From the human T2T-CHM13v2.0 reference genome, Homo sapiens: a stretch of 64,000 nt of DNA. A program made the position numbers and the translations under genes. The notes below the pieces were generated by a model. That model was not told the DNA's origin. It did no database searches and saw only the letters and a program-made list of their open reading frames with translations. Shown piece after piece: positions 61,928-64,000 of this stretch. The DNA is taken from the NCBI RefSeq assembly GCF_009914755.1, contig NC_060936.1; one strand, given 5' to 3'. Position 1 is the stretch's first letter. The number at the start of each line of letters is the position of its first letter.

Positions 61928-62379
61928 TGTCAGGCCTCTGAGCCCAAGCCAAGCCATCGCATCCCCTGTGACTTGCACGTACACGCCCAGATGGCCTGAA
62001 GTAACTGAAGAATCACAAAAGTGAATATGCCCTGCCCCCACCTTAACTGATGACATTCCACCACAAAAGAAGTGTAAATGGCCGGTCCTTGCCTTAACTG
62101 ATGACATTACCTTGTGAAAGTCCTTTTCCCGGCTCATCCTGGCTCAAAAAGCACCCCCACTGAGCACCTTGCGACCCCCCACTCCTGCCCGCCAGAGAAC
62201 AAACCCCCTTTGACTGTAATTTTCCTTTACCTACCCGAATCCTATAAAACGGCCCCACCCTTATCTCCCTTCGCGGACTCTCTTTTCGGACTCAGCCCGC
62301 CTGCACCCAGGTGAAATACACAGCCATGTTGCTCACACAAAGCCTGTTTGGTGGTCTCTTCACACGGACGCACATGAAA
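61928..62379 (+). mobile_element. 3' LTR7
   Basis: 452-bp near-identical copy of the 5' LTR (10 substitutions, 3 small indels by manual alignment); preceded by PPT. Confidence 0.96.
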
Positions 62380-62422
62380 ACGAGCAAGTGATAGTAGGCA
62401 GTAATTATAAATACTATGATGC

Positions 62423-62740
<318 letters not shown>

Positions 62741-62754
62741 ACTCATGCAATTAT

Positions 62755-62890
62755 TTATTCCTCACTAGAACATAAATTCCTTGAGATTTGGGCTGACCAG
62801 CTTTTATTAATTTTTGCATCCATCCCAGTCATTAGCACAGCACCAGGAATACAGAACTCTTTCAAGCAGTGTTAGTTAAATGCTGACTGA
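62755..62890 (+). mobile_element. L2 3' end
   Basis: CACTAGAACATAAATTCCTTGAG...TAGCACAGCACCAGGAATACAG. Confidence 0.6.
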
Positions 62891-63101
62891 GAAGGAGGAA
62901 TTGCGATTTTCTTGTGTCTCCTTCGCCACTTGTTTTGTCAGTCTGACCCACTGCCTCCCTGCGGTCAGAGCCTCCACAGTCTCTATCCTGGCCCTTTGCA
63001 ACTGCCTGCCTCTGATTCTGCACACCACAGTGCTGCAGTATCTATGGGCATGCCATATGTATAAGATGTTATTTAGGGACTTGCCTGAAAGAACTCAGTC
63101 G

Positions 63102-63460
<359 letters not shown>

Positions 63461-64000
63461 TCACTCTGAAGTTGGGATGAAACACTACGAAATCCTGCCA
63501 TGCAAATCGCAATACCCTAAACCTCTGTCAAAGTGGCCCTGAAACCCCTGGAGACCTGGCAGGAGGTTCCTTTCTGTTGCCTGGCACTTAGCCGTTCTGA
63601 GTCTGGCTAAACACCAGCAACCCGGAGGCATATAAAAACTGAAAGCCCCAACCCCAGGCCCTAGATGAGAATGCAGTCTCGCCCCTTGGCACTTTCTCCA
63701 TCCCATAAAGCAGAGTGAAATCCTATACGTGGGAAAATGTGGGGCAATTGGCTAAGGTGGCCTCGTTACCCCACCCATCCTTCTTGCTTACTTCTGGTGG
63801 CTTATCCTAGAATCAAGGCCCGAGATTGTCCATAACTCAGGTGGACGTCCGAGCCAGGGGTGACCACAGAGAGCCCCAATCTCCGGCCTTTGCAGCTGTG
63901 CTGGGGAATGCTCCAGGCCAAGGCCCTTGAGCCTGGGAGGGGAGAGCACTGGTTGCAGATGCGAGCTTGCAGGAAGCTTTGATGTTCCGAGCAGGATTGG

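Larger units (their letters stand above)
57225..62379 (+). mobile_element. HERV-H provirus (LTR7-HERVH-int-LTR7), internally deleted, non-coding
   Basis: Two ~450-bp direct LTRs; PBS for tRNA-His; PPT; gag zinc knuckle, pro, RT and IN remnants; TSD ACGAG at 57220-57224 and 62380-62384. Confidence 0.97.

Overview
Primate (human or great-ape) non-coding DNA with no credible cellular protein-coding exon, RNA gene or CRISPR array. It holds about 40 Alu elements or fragments, many MIR/L2 relics, several ancient LTRs, hAT MITEs and a fragmented old L1 (about 20.4-26.3 kb). The main feature is a 5,155-bp internally deleted HERV-H provirus (57225-62379, + strand) inserted into a MIR with a 5-bp TSD (ACGAG). 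Its two LTR7 copies look like the pluripotency-associated LTR7up type. It keeps TATA, the tRNA-His PBS, the PPT and strong splice sites, while gag/pro/pol/env are dead. Both LTRs carry AATACA instead of the AATAAA poly(A) signal, which suggests a read-through or chimeric lncRNA unit. Unique DNA contains a CpG-enriched, G4- and homeodomain-motif-rich element (about 29.0-30.1 kb), strong CTCF-like motifs (3290, 34659) and candidate lncRNA exons near 6.3-6.9 kb. Repeat subfamily names come from recalled diagnostic bases, boundaries of old repeats are approximate, and I could not identify the chromosomal locus.
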